A stretch of DNA of 64,000 nt. Origin: Felis catus. Its lineage: Eukaryota. The stretch spans positions 26,910,001 through 26,974,000 of the forward strand of contig NC_058369.1 of the NCBI RefSeq assembly GCF_018350175.1, read 5' to 3'. Below the pieces are notes generated by a model. The model saw nothing but the letters and a program-made list of their open reading frames with translations, did no database searches and was not told where the DNA came from. Both the position numbers and the translations under genes were made by a program. Positions 48,070-62,006 of the stretch are shown here, in pieces. Position 1 is the stretch's first letter. Every line of letters begins with the position of its first letter.

Positions 48070-49100
48070 TTGACCACCGTGAAAAGGCAAGAGCCTATGG
48101 ATGTCCAGAAAAAACAAGTCATATGTGAAGGATCCCAAATTAGGACCATGACTAGCCCTGGTCACTAGAAGGCATTGAGGCACCGCCTTTGAAAGTATAA
48201 AAGAAAATGTTTCCAATCTAGAACTTTTATAGTAGAGAAACTATCAATCAAGTATGGTGGTACAATGAAGGTGGTTTTAAGCATAGAAGAGTCCAAAGTG
48301 TTTACCTCATGCACTGTTTCTTAGGAAGCTATTGTATTCTATCCTTTCTTAAGAAGCAAAAAATCGGAGGAAACCAAGAAAGAGGCAGAAAAGGGATATC
48401 AGAAACAGAAGATGCACTGAGCTGAGAGGGTAAGAAAGTCCCCAGGATAATGTTGAAGGGACATCCAAGGATGAGTGTGGTACATCAGGCAGAGCTGAAC
48501 ACCACTACGATTGGTGCAGGTCAGAAGGTTCCAAGAGATCAGGAGGAGGAAACTGATAGAAACCTGACGAGTCTGTGTTGAAAGGAGATTTATAAAACTG
48601 ACACAGAGTTAAGACTTGAATAAGTGATACATATGTAGAACATTAAGTAAATGATTAAGCAGTAACATAATTATTCGCTCCAGAGAAAACAAAAAGATGT
48701 GTAGAAAAGCAGTATAGTTCATTTCATAGTTCATCTTTGGATGATATTTACATAGTCGTAATATCAAAACCCATGGTCTTTGTTTGATCTTCCCTGTATA
48801 TGTGTAATAGTGGTGAGGAGATGGACAAGGGTGTGAGTGTGTGGTAGGAGCAGGAGGAGGAAAGGTGCTATTACTTTTATATAATACGAACATGTTATTT
48901 AGAGATATAGAGGCAAATTCCAAAATGATTAATTACTTGAAAGAGAAGCAAGGTTTGCCTTTGGAAGGAGAAGAATTGGGAGAGAGTGGATCAGGGAACA
49001 GCTGTTTTTCATAAATAAACCCTTGTAATGTGGATTCCTTAAACTAAGACTCAAGCACAACTCATAATAATAGCAACTAAAAATAAAAATAACGTTTAAA
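48070..49100 (+). mobile_element. HAL1/L1ME-like ORF1 and 3' fragment
   Basis: gaaaaaacaagtcatat...ttccaatctagaacttttata...aaactatcaatcaagtatg. Confidence 0.6.
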
Positions 49101-49169
49101 TGAAAAAATAAACAAAGTGATTTTCAGGTTAAAATCTCCCAGGTACATTTTGTCCTATTTTAAGTGAAT

Positions 49170-49400
49170 TATTATTATTATTATTATTATTATTGGGGTT
49201 TTTTTGAGAGAGGGAGGGTGCAAGAGAGGGGCAGGGAGAGAGGGAGAGAGAGAGAGAAGCAGGCTTCATTTGAAGCAGGGCTAGAGCTCACCCAAAGTAC
49301 GGGTTGAGCTCACCCATTGTGGGGCTCGAATTCATGAACCGTGAGATCATGACCTGAGCCAAAGTCAGATGCTTAATCAACTGAGCCACCCAGGCACCCC
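49170..49400 (-). mobile_element. CanSINE with internal head duplications
   Basis: (ATT)n tail; repeated gggctagagctcaccc-like units. Confidence 0.9.
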
Positions 49401-49454
49401 ATAAGTGCAAAATTATTTTGGTAACATTTCAAAAATGTATTAAAAACTAGCATG

Positions 49455-49655
49455 GGGGCACCTGGGTGTCTCAATTGGTTGAGTGATTTTGGCTCAGGTC
49501 ATGACCTCATGATTTGTGAGATCAAGCCCTGCGACGGGCTCTGCGCTGAGAGCGTGGAGCTTGCTTGGGATTCTGTCTCTCCTTTTCTCTCTGCCCCTCC
49601 CCTACTCTCTCTCTCTCTCTCTCTCTCAAAATAAATAAATAAACATTAAAAAAAA
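49455..49655 (+). mobile_element. CanSINE
   Basis: TSD aaaaacta(g/t)catg. Confidence 0.94.
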
Positions 49656-49897
49656 CTATCATGAATTTAAGTGGCTCCACCTTTCCTTAACACCAGTGCA
49701 GTTTCAAAATTTAGAGCAAGTTCTTCCCAGATCGTGTGTACACTTCCTCCCACGGCAGTAGGGTGAGAATGTAAATGTCTTGAGAAATGTAAAAGGAAGG
49801 CAAAGGTCCCAACTTGAGAGGCGATTCAGGGTTCAGAAAAGTAGTTCTTCACTTTGGGTTTATTTTTAATTGGTGGAAAAAAATATAAGAAGCATAC

Positions 49898-50264
49898 CTG
49901 CTCTATTTCTGTTCTTGTTCCATTCTGGCCTCAAGCACAAGTGCTAAAAATCGATGAGCTCTTCTAAAATTTCCAGTGCCAGTGTTCAGATTCAAGACAT
50001 TAATAAGTTCAGGTCAGTTTGGGGGAAAGCAGCTCAACTTTGATTCAGACTTCTGTCTTGGGAAGATTGGTTTCTTGCTTCTTATCTTCTCACATCTTTT
50101 CTAAAGGTATTTTCTTTCTCATACATGCCTGCGATTAGTTTATATCAAAGCCTTTTTCTCTTCTTTCAAAATGATCTGTTCCGTGAAGTATTTCAGGGGC
50201 GAAGGACCACCTACTATTTTACAATGTCCCATTAAATGGATCTCTGTGTCATCTTTATGCATCC
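49898..50264 (-). pseudogene. Fossil exon E (367 nt, phase 1->1 with one frameshift)
   Basis: Acceptor cccacag|, strong donor CAG|gtatgc; MHKDDTEIHLMGHCKIVGGPSPLKYFTEQIILKEEKKALI / KLIAGMYEKENTFRKDVRR ... TLALEILEELIDF. Confidence 0.7.
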
Positions 50265-50665
50265 CTGTGGGCTTTTAAATCCAAAGCCTTTCAACAATGA
50301 TGTTTTTGTTCCCTATTCTCTGGATGCCTCTTAACCATTTGAAGGCAATGTTACAGAGATATGAAGGGATAGTACTAATTTATGTAATTCAGAGTTGAGA
50401 GGTATAATCCTGACATATGAAGGGGTAAAATATGACTTAGGTAAATGTGTATGACTTAGGTAAATACTTTAACATCTGAGGGATTACAGTGTAATTTGCT
50501 TTCACATTTTGTTGATATGTTACACATTTTCTATCAGTTATCAGATATGTTACAAGGCTCTAAATAGTTTTGGACATGCTTATTGATGCTCTTATGATTT
50601 AGTTCTCCCCACCCCCACCGTCATGTGTGTGGCCAAGTTTTTAAAATATACAATATGTCACATAC

Positions 50666-51274
50666 CCATAGAGAAATAATTAGGGCCCATGCAATTCAGA
50701 CACTTCTCTTTAATGGTAACTGTTGTTTGTTGAATATATTTGAATCCCCATTCTGATAAATATATACAATTAAATATACAAGTGGGTTCTGATTTTGTTG
50801 ATGAATTCTTCCTTATTAAGGTAACTGGTGATAACCCTAACAACTATGGCTAAGTGAATGTTGTGTTACAGTATATTCTGTTTATCTTCCGTTTTCTAAT
50901 TGGTCTGGTCTGTTCTTGCCTCCAGACCCTTATAGCTGAATACTGTTATGTGTTCATGCACTTATTCAAATTATGGCTTTTATGTCCCGGGATTTTTTGT
51001 CAATTAATGTCTATGTAAAGCACTGCTCTTCTTAGGGGTGTGCTGCAGGTTGCCCTATGGATCGCTAAAGCTCTATGTCCTTTCTTGACCACCAAGTTTA
51101 TATAGTTATTGTTTTGGTACTGTACCCTCTCTGTAGGACCAGCATGCTTGAATGTTATGTCCTCTTTACCATGCGGCCATTGGAGAGATTGAACACCGCT
51201 TTTGTGGGAAGAGTCTTTTCGTACTGGGTCTTGTCCTAAAACTGATCTGTTTTTCACTCAAGCCTGAGAACTTC
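50666..51274 (-). pseudogene. Fossil exon D (609 nt, phase 1->1)
   Basis: Acceptor ttgactcacag|, donor ATGG|gtatgt; ORF-track entries 51000..51257 and 50658..50843 are in the same frame; 5 stops in 203 codons. Confidence 0.65.
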
Positions 51275-51799
51275 CTGTGAGTCAATATTAGCTCAGGCTG
51301 ATACTGTTTAATCACTTAGTAGTTTTGGAGGGGAGAGGGTTATGCATACACACACGTGTTTGTTTAAAGGTATAAATGTGTGTGTGTATATATATGTATC
51401 TATACATATATTACATTTATATGTAAAATCATGAAAATTCAGGCTATTTTATTAGGTGCCAATAAGAATGGGTCTTCCAGTCCTGTATTCAGTTTCCATG
51501 GCAAGGACTTCAGGGGAATTTTTTGAGAGAATATGACCTTTATTTTCTCAGTTTTATGTCTTAAAATGGGCAGAGCTCAGGATGTTCTTAGCTTTTTCTT
51601 AGTTCCCTGGTATGAAGCTGTTATCTATTGATTTTAAATGAAATATTTTTGAGTTTTTTATTTACATATTTGCATATTTTATATTTGAATTAATAACTTT
51701 TATAATGGGGAATATATGATAAACTTATGCTTTCAACTTACCTGGGGTTTTATATTTAAAGTATGTTTCTTCCAAGCAGTAAAGTGTAGGGTCTTCCTT

Positions 51800-51957
51800 G
51801 TTTTTTTTTTATGTTTACCTTTTTATTTATTTATTTATTTATTTTTTCAATATATGAAGTTTATTGTCAAATTGGTTTCCATACAACACCCAGTGCTCAT
51901 CCCAAAAGGTGCCCTCCTCAATATCCATCACCCACCCTCCCCTCCCTCCCACCCCCC
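51800..51957 (-). mobile_element. Very short 5'-truncated felid L1 3' terminus
   Basis: tttattgtcaaattggtttccatacaacacccagtgctcatccc; TSD gggtctt(c/g)ctt. Confidence 0.88.
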
Positions 51958-51988
51958 GGGTCTTGCTTTTTAAAATCCAGTCTGACCA

Positions 51989-52115
51989 GGGAGCCTGGGT
52001 GGCTCAGTCAGTTGAGTGTGTGACTCTTGATTTTGGCTCAGGTCATGATCCCAGAGTCATGGGATTGAGCCTCACACTGGGCTCTGTGCTGAGCTGAGTG
52101 TGGAACCTGCTTAAG

Positions 52116-52157
<42 letters not shown>

Positions 52158-52217
52158 CCTCTGCCCTTCTCCCCCCCCCCCCCCCACACACACACACTCT
52201 CTCTCTAAAAAAAAAAA
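51989..52217 (+). mobile_element. CanSINE
   Basis: TSD gtctgacca. Confidence 0.93.
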
Positions 52218-52789
52218 GGTCTGACCATCTTTGCCTGTCACATGGAGTGCTTAGTCCACTTAAAGTTAATGTAATTGTTTATATGGTTGGGTTTTAGTCT
52301 ATCATCTTGGTATTTGATTCTATTTGTCCTACCTGTTCCTTATTTTTCTATGTCTCCTTTCTTGCTCCTTTTGGGTGAATCACTATATTTAGTATTTCTT
52401 TTTATTTCCTCTATTGACTTTTTAATCTATACCTCTGTGTATTTTTAGTGGTTTCTCTAGAGATTATACAGTTTAAAGATAAATCCTTTATATTTAAAGG
52501 GCATGAGCAATGTAAGATCCTCACGTCAGTACAGTTTAATTCTTGCCCCCACCAGCTTTTCCACTTGGTTCTTGAGTGTAGTTTCTATCTCTGCTAAAAT
52601 TCTTCATTCTGTTCACACATGTTGCCCAACTTTTATACTGGTTTCTTTGATGTATTAATCATAATTATTTTAAAATCTCTGTTGTATAAATACAAATATA
52701 TAAACTCTCTCCAGATTTGCTTCTATTACTTATTTTCTCTTTTTTGATCATGGGTCACATATTTCCTGCTCCTTCACATATATTATGAT

Positions 52790-52993
52790 TTTTTATTTTT
52801 AAATGTTTATTTATTTTTGATAGAGTGCGAGCAGGGGAGGGGCAGAGAGACAGGGAGACACAGTATCAGAAGTAGGCTCCAGGCTCCGAGCTGTCAGCAC
52901 AGAGCCCGATGCAGGCTTCGAATTCATGGACCATGAGATCATGACCTGAGCTGAAGTCAGAAGCTCAACCGACTGAGCCACACAGTCACCCCT
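52790..52993 (-). mobile_element. CanSINE
   Basis: TSD tgattttttatttt. Confidence 0.94.
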
Positions 52994-53493
52994 GATTTTT
53001 TATTTTATGCCAGGCATTGTATTTAAAAGGATATTATAAATACTATTTACCACCGTGAAAGTGACGTTGCTTCTTCTGTCAGGCTGTTAGTATGAGGGAC
53101 TATATCAATCTGATCTGTAGTGGAGCTGGATCTGGGCTTTGTCCCACATTTAGTTATATGCAGTCATCACTGGCTTCAGATGTTTTCATGGTAGGTAGGG
53201 TCAAGACATGTTCTCTGTGGAGTTTGATGATACTCTCTAGAGGTCCCAGTTGCCAGCTTTAAATGTCACAGGGAGCCCTCTTTGCTCTCTAGTCTTTCTC
53301 CCAGCCTTCTACAACCCTTTTCACCTTGCTGTCCAGTTGCCCCTGGAGGACTGCTGTGGTACCCTCTGTTAAGGTCCCAGAGTAGCTTGGAGGGATTTCT
53401 CTTGGGATTAAAAAATATGCTTTTAGGTATTTATCTACTTATTTAAAAAATCAATTGATAGGAAATTCACAGTCTATAAATTAACTATTTTAA

Positions 53494-53706
53494 TTTTTTT
53501 TCAACGTTTTTATTTATTTTTGGGACAGAGAGAGACAGAGCATGAATGGGGGAGGGGCAGAGAGAGAGGGAGAGGCAGAATCAGAAACAGGCTCCAGGCT
53601 CCGAGCCATCAGCCCAGAGCCTGACGCAGGGCTCGAACTCACGGACCGCGAGATCATGACCTGGCTGAAGTCGGACGCTTAACCGACTGTGCCACCCAGG
53701 CGCCCC
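53494..53706 (-). mobile_element. Young felid SINEC_Fc
   Basis: Perfect 19-bp TSD tataaattaactattttaa at 53475 and 53707. Confidence 0.97.
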
Positions 53707-53937
53707 TATAAATTAACTATTTTAAAGTGAACAATTCAATGGCAGTACATTCACAATGCTGTGCAAACACCACCTAGTTCCAAAATATTTTCATTGCCCC
53801 TAAATAAAGCCTCTTATCTATTAAGCAGTTTCTCTCTATTAGTATGTCTGCCTAGCCTCTGCCAACCACCAATATGCATTCTGTCTCTTTGTATTTGTAT
53901 TCTGTCTCTTTGTATTTCATGTCAATGGAATCATATA

Positions 53938-54497
53938 CAATTAATCCCTGAACAACATGGGGGTTTGGGATGCTGACTCCCTGCATAGTCAAAAATCCAT
54001 GTATTACTTTGGTTCTGCCAATACTTAACTACTAATAGCCTACTGTTGACCAGAAACCTTACTGTTGACATAAACATTTAACACATATTTTGTTTGTTAT
54101 ATGTATTAGATACTGTATTCTTACAATAAAGCAAGCTAGAGAAAAGAAAATGTTATTAAGAAACTTATAAGGAAGGGAAAATACACTTATAATTACTATA
54201 TTTATTGAAAAAAATACATATATGAGTGGACCCATGCCATTCAAACTCATGATTATGTTTATTAAGTTAAATTTATTAAGTTTTTAGAGAGATAGAGACA
54301 GAGAGCAAGCAGGGGAGGGGCAGAGAGAGAGGGAGACACCGTATCCTAGACAGGCTCCAGGCTCTGAGCCGTCAGCACAGAGCCCAGCATGGGGCTTGAA
54401 CCCACAAACTGTGAGACCATGACCTGAGCTGAAGTTGAACGCTTAATTCACTGAGCCACCCAGGTGTCCCAAACCAATGTTTTTCAAGGATTAAATG
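53938..54497. mobile_element. Tigger2a/MER28-like DNA transposon
   Basis: Degenerate TIRs caattaatccctgaacaac / gtttttcaaggattaaatg, TA flanks, ctactaatagcctactgttgacc core. Confidence 0.85.
54255..54470 (-). mobile_element. CanSINE inside the Tigger
   Basis: Typical body. Confidence 0.92.
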
Positions 54498-57400
54498 TAA
54501 TATGTGAACTGTGTCTGGCTTTCTTCACTTAGCATAATGTTTTAGAGGTTTCCTTTGGTATTTTGTCCTTCTCTCAACTTTTGGCATCCACTACCTTTAC
54601 TTGGTGAAGATCTCGAGTGACTTCTCTTCATTCTCCTGTCTTACCCCCAGTATTCAGTGAGCCATTGCTGGTACTTGTATTTGGTGAAGTTTCTATTATC
54701 TCTCCTGACCTACATCCAGTCTCAACACTCAATTAAACCCCATGGTAAAGAATTGACAAGTTGGAGAAAACTTCCTTGTGATTAGGGTTCCTCAAGATCA
54801 AACTTGTCACACTAATCTTCAAGGAGCTGATAAAAGTTTAGCTACTTCACTCTATCACTGGCAGATTTATGTTCTTCTTGATATTTTGCCAGGAAGTAAA
54901 GAAACTATGAATCTGTTTTCTCCTGGATGGGTTTATCACTTCCAGAATTTAGTTTTTTATGTGTGTTTCTTTGCATCTTCAGCAATCCTTGGTGGGAATT
55001 CTTGCCTTGGTCCTGATCTTAGAGGAAAAGCTTTCAGTTTTTCACATTGAGTATGATGTTTTCTGTGGCTTTTTCACATATGGCTTTTATTATATTGAGG
55101 TAGTTTCTTCCAAGTCCTAGTTGTTTGAGTATTTTTTATCATGAAAGTTTGTTGAATTTTGTCAAATTCCTTATCTGCATCAATCGAGATAGTCATGTGC
55201 TTTTTTCCTCCATTCTGCTAATATGGGACATTGCATTGATCAATTTTCATATGTTGAACACTTCTAGGAATAGATCCCACTTGATCATGGTATATGATCC
55301 TTTTGATATACTACTGCATTAATGTGCTAGTATTCTGTTGAGGATTTTTACATCAGTATTCATAAAGAATATTGGTCTGTGGTTTTCTTTTCTAATAGTG
55401 TCTTTGTCTGGCTTTGGTATCAGGGCAATGCTCCCTTCATAGAATGAGTAAGGAAGTGTTCCTTCCTCTGAAGTTTTTAAGAAAAGTTTGTGAAGAATTA
55501 GTGTTAATTCTTTAAATGTTTGTAGAACTCACCAGTGAATCCATCAACTCCAGGACTTTTCTTTACTAGAAACTTTTTTATACTACTGATTTATTCCCCT
55601 TACCAATTACAGATGTATTCAGATTTCCTATTTCTCTGTGATTCAGTTTTTGTAGGTTTTGTGTTTCTAGGAATTTGTCCATTTTATTTACCTTATTTAA
55701 TTTGTTGGAATATAATTTACTGTAGTACTCTCTTAAATTCTTTTTATTTCTGTTGAATAAGTAGTAATGTCCTTACTTCCATTTCTGATTTTAGTAAGTT
55801 GAGTCTTTTCTCACTTATCTTCTGTCTCATTGTTCTGTCCATTCTTGAGAGTGGAATGCTGAAGTCTCCAACCATTATTGTAGAACTGTTTTCTCCCTTC
55901 AATTCTGTCAGTTTTTATTTCCTTCATTTTGATGGTCTGTTATTAGGTACACAAATCTTTATAGTTGTATCTTCTTGCTTTATTGAACCTTTTGCTAATA
56001 TGTAATATCCTTTTTTGTATCTTATAAGCTATTTTTTTAAATTTAAAGTCTATATTGTCTGATATTAGTATCGTTAGCCTACTCTCTTTTGGTTACTATT
56101 TGCATGGAATATCTTTTTCCATCTTTTCACTTTCAACCTATTTGTATCTTTGGATCTACAGTTACTGTCTTGTACAGAATCTGGTTGGATCATAGTTTTT
56201 GTTTGTTCACCCTGCCCCCATTCTGCCAATCTCTGCCTTTTAATTGGAGAATTTAACCCATTTACATTTAAAGTAATTACTAATACAGAGGAACTTGTGC
56301 CATTTTGCTATTTGTCTTCTATATGCTTTGTAGGATTTTTGTCCTCATTGTCTGAATTACTAACTTCTTTCCCATTTAGTTGTTTTTTTTTTTTTGTAGT
56401 GAGATATTTAAATTTTCTTCTCATTCTTTTATGTATATTCCATGACTATTTTCTTTGTACTTACCATGGGGATTACACTTAAAACCCTAAAAATTTAACG
56501 CTATAATATGAATTTCTACAAATGTAACTTCAATAATATGCAAAAGCTCTGCTCATTTGTGGCCCTTTCTTTATCCCTTTCAGTTATTGATGTCACCGAA
56601 TCACATCTTTAAACATTGTATGTCTAAAATGTAAACAATAATTGTTTTTAAAAAATTCATTAGTCTCTAAGTTATTTAAAAAAAACAAACCCTAATAAAT
56701 ATCAAGTTATAAACCAAAGTTACAATAATAATAGCTTTTAGATTAATGTTTTTAAAGTGTCTTTTAAATCATGTAGAAAACAAAAAGTGAGTTACAATCT
56801 GTGTTTACAATAATACGAGCTTTGGTAATTTCCCATGTATTTACCTTTACTGGGATCTTTATTTCTTCATACGGTTTTTTGTTACTGTCTAGTATTTTTT
56901 TCACTTTAACCTCCAGGACTCCCTTTCGTGTTGCTTGCAAGGCAGGTGGAGTGGTAACACATTCCTTCAGCTTTTGTTTATCTAGAAATGTCTTGATTTC
57001 TCCTTCATGGTTGAAGGCCACTTTTGCTAGATATAGGATTCTTGGTTGTCAATTTTTTTCTTATTTCAGCCCTTTGCCTCTGGCCTCCTAAATTTCTGAT
57101 GAAAAATCTCTGATAATCTTATTGAAGATCTCCTATATGTGGGGAGTTTCTTAAATTCTTAATTCTTGCTCTTAAGATTGTCTTTGTGTTTAGACATTTT
57201 GATTATGATGTGTCTTTCTGAGGATCTCTTTGAATTCACCATACTTGGAATTTGTTGAGCTTTTTTGTTGTTTATATTCGTATCTTTAATCAAATTTAGG
57301 AAGTTTTTGACCACCAATTTCTCTCTCCCTTTCTCTTGTCTTCTTCTTCTGGGCCTACAATTTGCGTGTTGGTCTGCTGAATGGTGTCTCATAAATCCTA

Positions 57401-58934
57401 CAAGCTCTCTTCATTTTTATTCCATATTTTTTCTTTCTGTTTCTCAGCCTTGATTATTTTCATTTCCCCACATTCAAGTTCACAGATTCTTTCTTTTGCT
57501 TGCTGATATCTGCCTTTGGATCACTTTAGTAAATTTTTGATTTCAGTAATTGCACTTTTCAGCTCTAGAATTTATTTTTGGTTTCTTTCTAGGTTTTCCT
57601 ATATATTATTGATATTTTCATTTTGTTGCTAGATCATTTTATTGACTTCCTTAACAACTGCCTTTAGTGCTTTGATCATCTTTAAGACAGTTGTTCAAAG
57701 TCTTTGTCTAGCAGGCCCACCACCTGGTCTCTCTCAGAGATAGTTGGTTTACTTTTTATTGATTTACTTTTTCCTTTTAATGGTCCACACTTCCCTGTTT
57801 CTTTGTATGCCTTGTGATTTTGTTGTTGTTGTTGAAAACCGGACATTTGAATTTAATAATGTGGCAATGATGGTAATCAGATTCTCCCCCTTCCTCAGGG
57901 TTTGTTCTTTCTGTTTTGTTTTGTTTTTTTTTTTGTAGGCTGTCTCTGTGCCAGAGATCACCTTAAGGTGTAAATTTAGGGTTTTCTCTGGTCTTTTCTG
58001 AGCCTGCACTTTTCCTTGAGCTTGAATGATGATTTTCCAATATATCTGGTATATGCAGTTGTTTTTTTAATGTCCTGGTATTTTATGTTTGACTCTCAGA
58101 AAGGGAAAAATGAAGGGAGATAAAAGGCACTGGCTTTTTAAATCCCCTTGGAAGTTGCTTTATTCTGAAGGAAAGGAACTTGCAACCATGAGGAGGAAGT
58201 TCAACAATGGCTGCCTGCCTTTGTGTCTGTGCCTCTGTGATCATAAGCAGATATCAGTGATCAGAACATAGATCCCTGTTATTTGGAGGACAGGGTCCTT
58301 GTTGTCTACCCTACTTCCATAGGTTATTTGCAAGCTGCTCTAGGACCATGCACATGGCTGCCTGCCACAGAGTTGGTGAGTAGGGAATGGATAGCTGCTG
58401 CTGAGCTAAGAGCTAAAATAAATTAAAATTAACGAATTTACTGTCCAAGACTTCCTCTGGAAGTTGAAAACCCAATAGACTCTAGAGTTCCAAAATTGCT
58501 GTATCAGATAGATTCTGCCAGCACAACTATTGTCTAGGTGGGAAGGCCGATTCTTCATGCTTCCTGCTCCATCAGTTTCCCATAATCCTTTGTTTATATA
58601 TTGTATTTTATATATAAAAATACAAGATTGTGATGTAGGTTATGAATATAATTATGCAATAAACTTTTATGATAAACTTAGTGACCAGAACATTATCAAT
58701 TCCTTTGAGGATGCTTGAATGACCTGAATTCTATCCCTTTGTTTCCTCATCAAGAGTTAACTACCTGCCTACATTTTGTATTTGTAATTCCTTTACTTTT
58801 CAAATAATTTTCCACATAACTATGCATCACTATAAAATGTGTTCCTCGGGTTTACCTGCTTTTGAGCTTAATTGTTTACCCCTACTGAAAACAGTAAAAT
58901 TGGATCTTTACCTCAGATCATACACCAAAACCAA

Positions 58935-59292
58935 TCTCTTCACTCTTTAACTCAACAATCTGACTTCTGCTGTAACCATTTTATGAAGACTGATCTTGAT
59001 ATAATCTCCATTGACCTCCATTTTGTCAAATCCAGTGGCCATTTTCCTCTCATTATTCCTACTCAGCTCTCAGCACTATTTGTTGTAGTGAATGTTTCTT
59101 TTCTTCAGAGTAGTCTTTCCTTTTGGCTTCTGTGATACTGCACTCTTCTGGTCTCTCTTCTTCCTTCTTTGCCTTTTCTGCTCAGTCTTCTTCCGTGGCA
59201 TATCCTACCTAATTTCTAGAGTTCCTCAGTGCTCAATCCTAGTTTCCCTCTATTATATCTTTATGCTGTTTGTTAAAAAAAATATTTCATTT

Positions 59293-59326
<34 letters not shown>

Positions 59327-60400
59327 ATGAATAGTGGAAGGGGCACAGAGAGAGAGAGAGAGAGACAGCGAGAGAGTGAGAGTGAGAATCTTAAGCAGGC
59401 TCCAAGCTCAGAGTAGAGCCTGATGTGGGGCATGATTCCACAACCCTGGGACAATGACCTGAGCCAAAATTGGCAGTTGGATGCTCAACCAACTGAGCCA
59501 CCCAGACATTTCTCTTTATGCTCTTTCTTTAGGTAATCTTATCCATGCCCATGGATTTACAGACCACTACTGACTAATGACTTCCAAATTTATATTTTGA
59601 ACTTAGTGTTCACCTTGGACCTCAAAACTCATACATAAATTTGTATATACTTCTGCTTGGTATAAACTTGGTATCTCACACGAACTTCAGAATTAACATG
59701 ACTTGAACTGAACTCATAAATTTTTGTGAAACTCCTTGTCTTCCAGTCTTACCCATCAATAATCAACTTAGTTGTTTATTTCAGAAACCTAGCAGTTATA
59801 TTTTATTCTGTGTACTTTCACTCACTATACCCAATTCATACAATTTTCCCACATTCAGTATTCAAAATATATCTTAAATTTTTCTGCTTTTCACCATCTC
59901 TACTACCAGCAACTTGGTCCAGATTATCAACATCTATTGCCTGACCTACTACATCAGCCTCCTAATTTATTTTCCTGCTCTATACTTGTTACCCTTTAAT
60001 ATATTCTTTACAAATCAGCCACAAAAGTCTTTCTCTGAACATAAATCTAACCATGATACTTCCCCACTTAATACAGCTGTTACAATTAAAATAAAATCCA
60101 TACTCCTCATCATGGCAAACGTGGTCCTGCATGCCTTTTGCTTACCTCTCCATTTTCTTCTTGAGTCATGTTCTCCTTTGCTCACCATGTTTCAGAAATT
60201 TTTGCCTCTTTTCTGTTCCTAGAAGAAATGAATCTTTTTCTCATCCCAGAGCCTGCCCATATGTTGTTCCCTGTGATTGCAATCCTTTCCTCAATATCTT
60301 CAAATGGTCAGTACCTTCTTATTCGTTAAATCTCACTTAAATATAGCTTTCTCAGATAGACTTTCCCTGATCATTCCATTCAAGGAGCCTCTTCTCCCTA
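58935..60400 (+). mobile_element. L2 LINE
   Basis: tgacctccattttgtcaaatccagtggcc, atgacttccaaatttatat, aaaatccatactcct. Confidence 0.85.
59272..59508 (-). mobile_element. CanSINE inside L2
   Basis: TSD tctttatgct. Confidence 0.92.
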
Positions 60401-60447
60401 TTTACTTTAAATGCCACTCCAAATGACCTCTTCCCACCGTTATGCTC

Positions 60448-60877
60448 TGTATTAGTTTCTGTGGATGTTATAACAAACTACCACAAACTAGGCAGCTTAA
60501 GGCAGAAATGTATTCTTTCATGGTTCTGGAGACCAGAATTCCAAAATCAAGGTGTTGGCATGGCTGAACTCTATGTGGAGATTCTAGAGACTCATTGTCT
60601 CTTCCAGCTTTTGGTTGCTGTCAACATTCCTTGACTTGTGGTCACATCACTCTAAAGTCTGCTTCCATAGTCATATTACCTATTCTCTTCTGTGTTGCTT
60701 TTCTCCTATAAAGATACTTTTGAATACCTTAGGGCCCATTAAGACAATCTAGGGTAATTTCAACTCAAAATCCTTTAATAATGTCTGTAAATATCCTTTT
60801 TCCAAATAAGATAACATTTAAAAGTTTTAGGCTTTAGGATTTGATATCTTGGGATGGTCTTTATTCATCCTACTACA
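60448..60877 (-). mobile_element. MLT1C-type MaLR solo LTR
   Basis: tgtattagtttc...cctactaca; 5-bp TSD tgctc. Confidence 0.9.
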
Positions 60878-60983
60878 TGCTCTGTCATGATTTTCTGATG
60901 ATCAGATTCAGAATACCTTTTTTAAATAAAATAAATTTTATAATTATTTTTTATGTATACATTTATTATCAATTTCCCTTAGA

Positions 60984-61190
60984 CCAGCACTATCCAGTAG
61001 AAATATAATGAGAGCCACATATATAATTTAAAGTTTTCTAGTATCCATATAAAAAGGTGAAAAGAAACACATGAAATTAACTTGAATATATATTTTATTT
61101 AACTCAGTACATCCAAAATATTATCATTTCAACATGAATCAATATCAAAATTATTACTGAATATATATTATTCTGACTAATTTTGAAATT
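60984..61190. mobile_element. MER33-like hAT-Charlie relic
   Basis: cagcactatccagtagaaatataatgagagccacata...tccaaaatattatcatttcaacatg. Confidence 0.8.
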
Positions 61191-61304
61191 ATTACTGAAT
61201 ATATATTATAATATATACAGATGTATATTTACTCATTGAATGGTTATTATATGAGTAAAAAGAGACAAGAAAAATGTCATGCCAAGCTATATCACAATTT
61301 TCTT

Positions 61305-61307
<3 letters not shown>

Positions 61308-61362
<55 letters not shown>
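61308..61362. repeat. (TA)n followed by (T)n
   Basis: Directly visible. Confidence 0.97.
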
Positions 61363-61853
61363 GCAGAGTCACATTTATCTGAACTGTGAGTAGAAAGTTA
61401 AGTATTAGTGATTATGAAATTTCTCTATGTGTTTCTAAACCAACTCACATTTGTGCATTATTTGTCTGGATGACAAATTTTACAAGTTTGCATTCTTTAA
61501 ATATTTTATTTAAATTTTAGGGGCATTTGTAAATGTTTAATATTCTGGGATTTGGTGAAATGGATCTTAATACATATTTATTATAATAATTTTCTTAGTT
61601 ATGGTGAATTCTATTAACCAAAATTGCTGTGGAATTCATCCTCTTAAATATTTATTGTCACATAATATTTTAGATTTGAGCAGTGGGGAAATAATACTGT
61701 AGCTCATTGAGAAATTAGAATAGTAATGAAATTCAATCTATAATAGTTTATACATCATTTTGAACTGACTAATGTTAGGAAAGGCATGCATATTCTATTA
61801 AAATATTAAAAGTTATTGAGGGCAAATTTTTATTTAATATTAAAATAAAAAAC

Positions 61854-62006
61854 CTCTTTAATCACTGGGAAGAATCCTCAGAAGTGGAAAGAAAAACTCT
61901 ACATCAACTTAAACATTTCAGGACAACCAATTTCACTAATTTAAAACAACTTCCAGAGCTAAGGATCCAAGCAAATGAGCCATTTTCTTTAAAAATTCTG
62001 ACTCAT
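61854..62006 (-). pseudogene. Fossil exon C (153 nt, phase 1->1)
   Basis: Acceptor ttttaatgctcccaag|, weak donor GAG|gttttt; ESEFLKKMAHLLGSLALEVVLN followed by stops. Confidence 0.55.

Larger units (their letters stand above)
52220..58580 (-). mobile_element. Cluster of old L1M/L1MB fragments including ORF2 pieces, ORF1 and 5'UTR (55.0-58.6 kb)
   Basis: FNHEGEIKTFLDKQKLKE (56764..57021) ORF1 C-terminus; ttcctgatcttagaggaaaagctttcag RT region. Confidence 0.85.
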
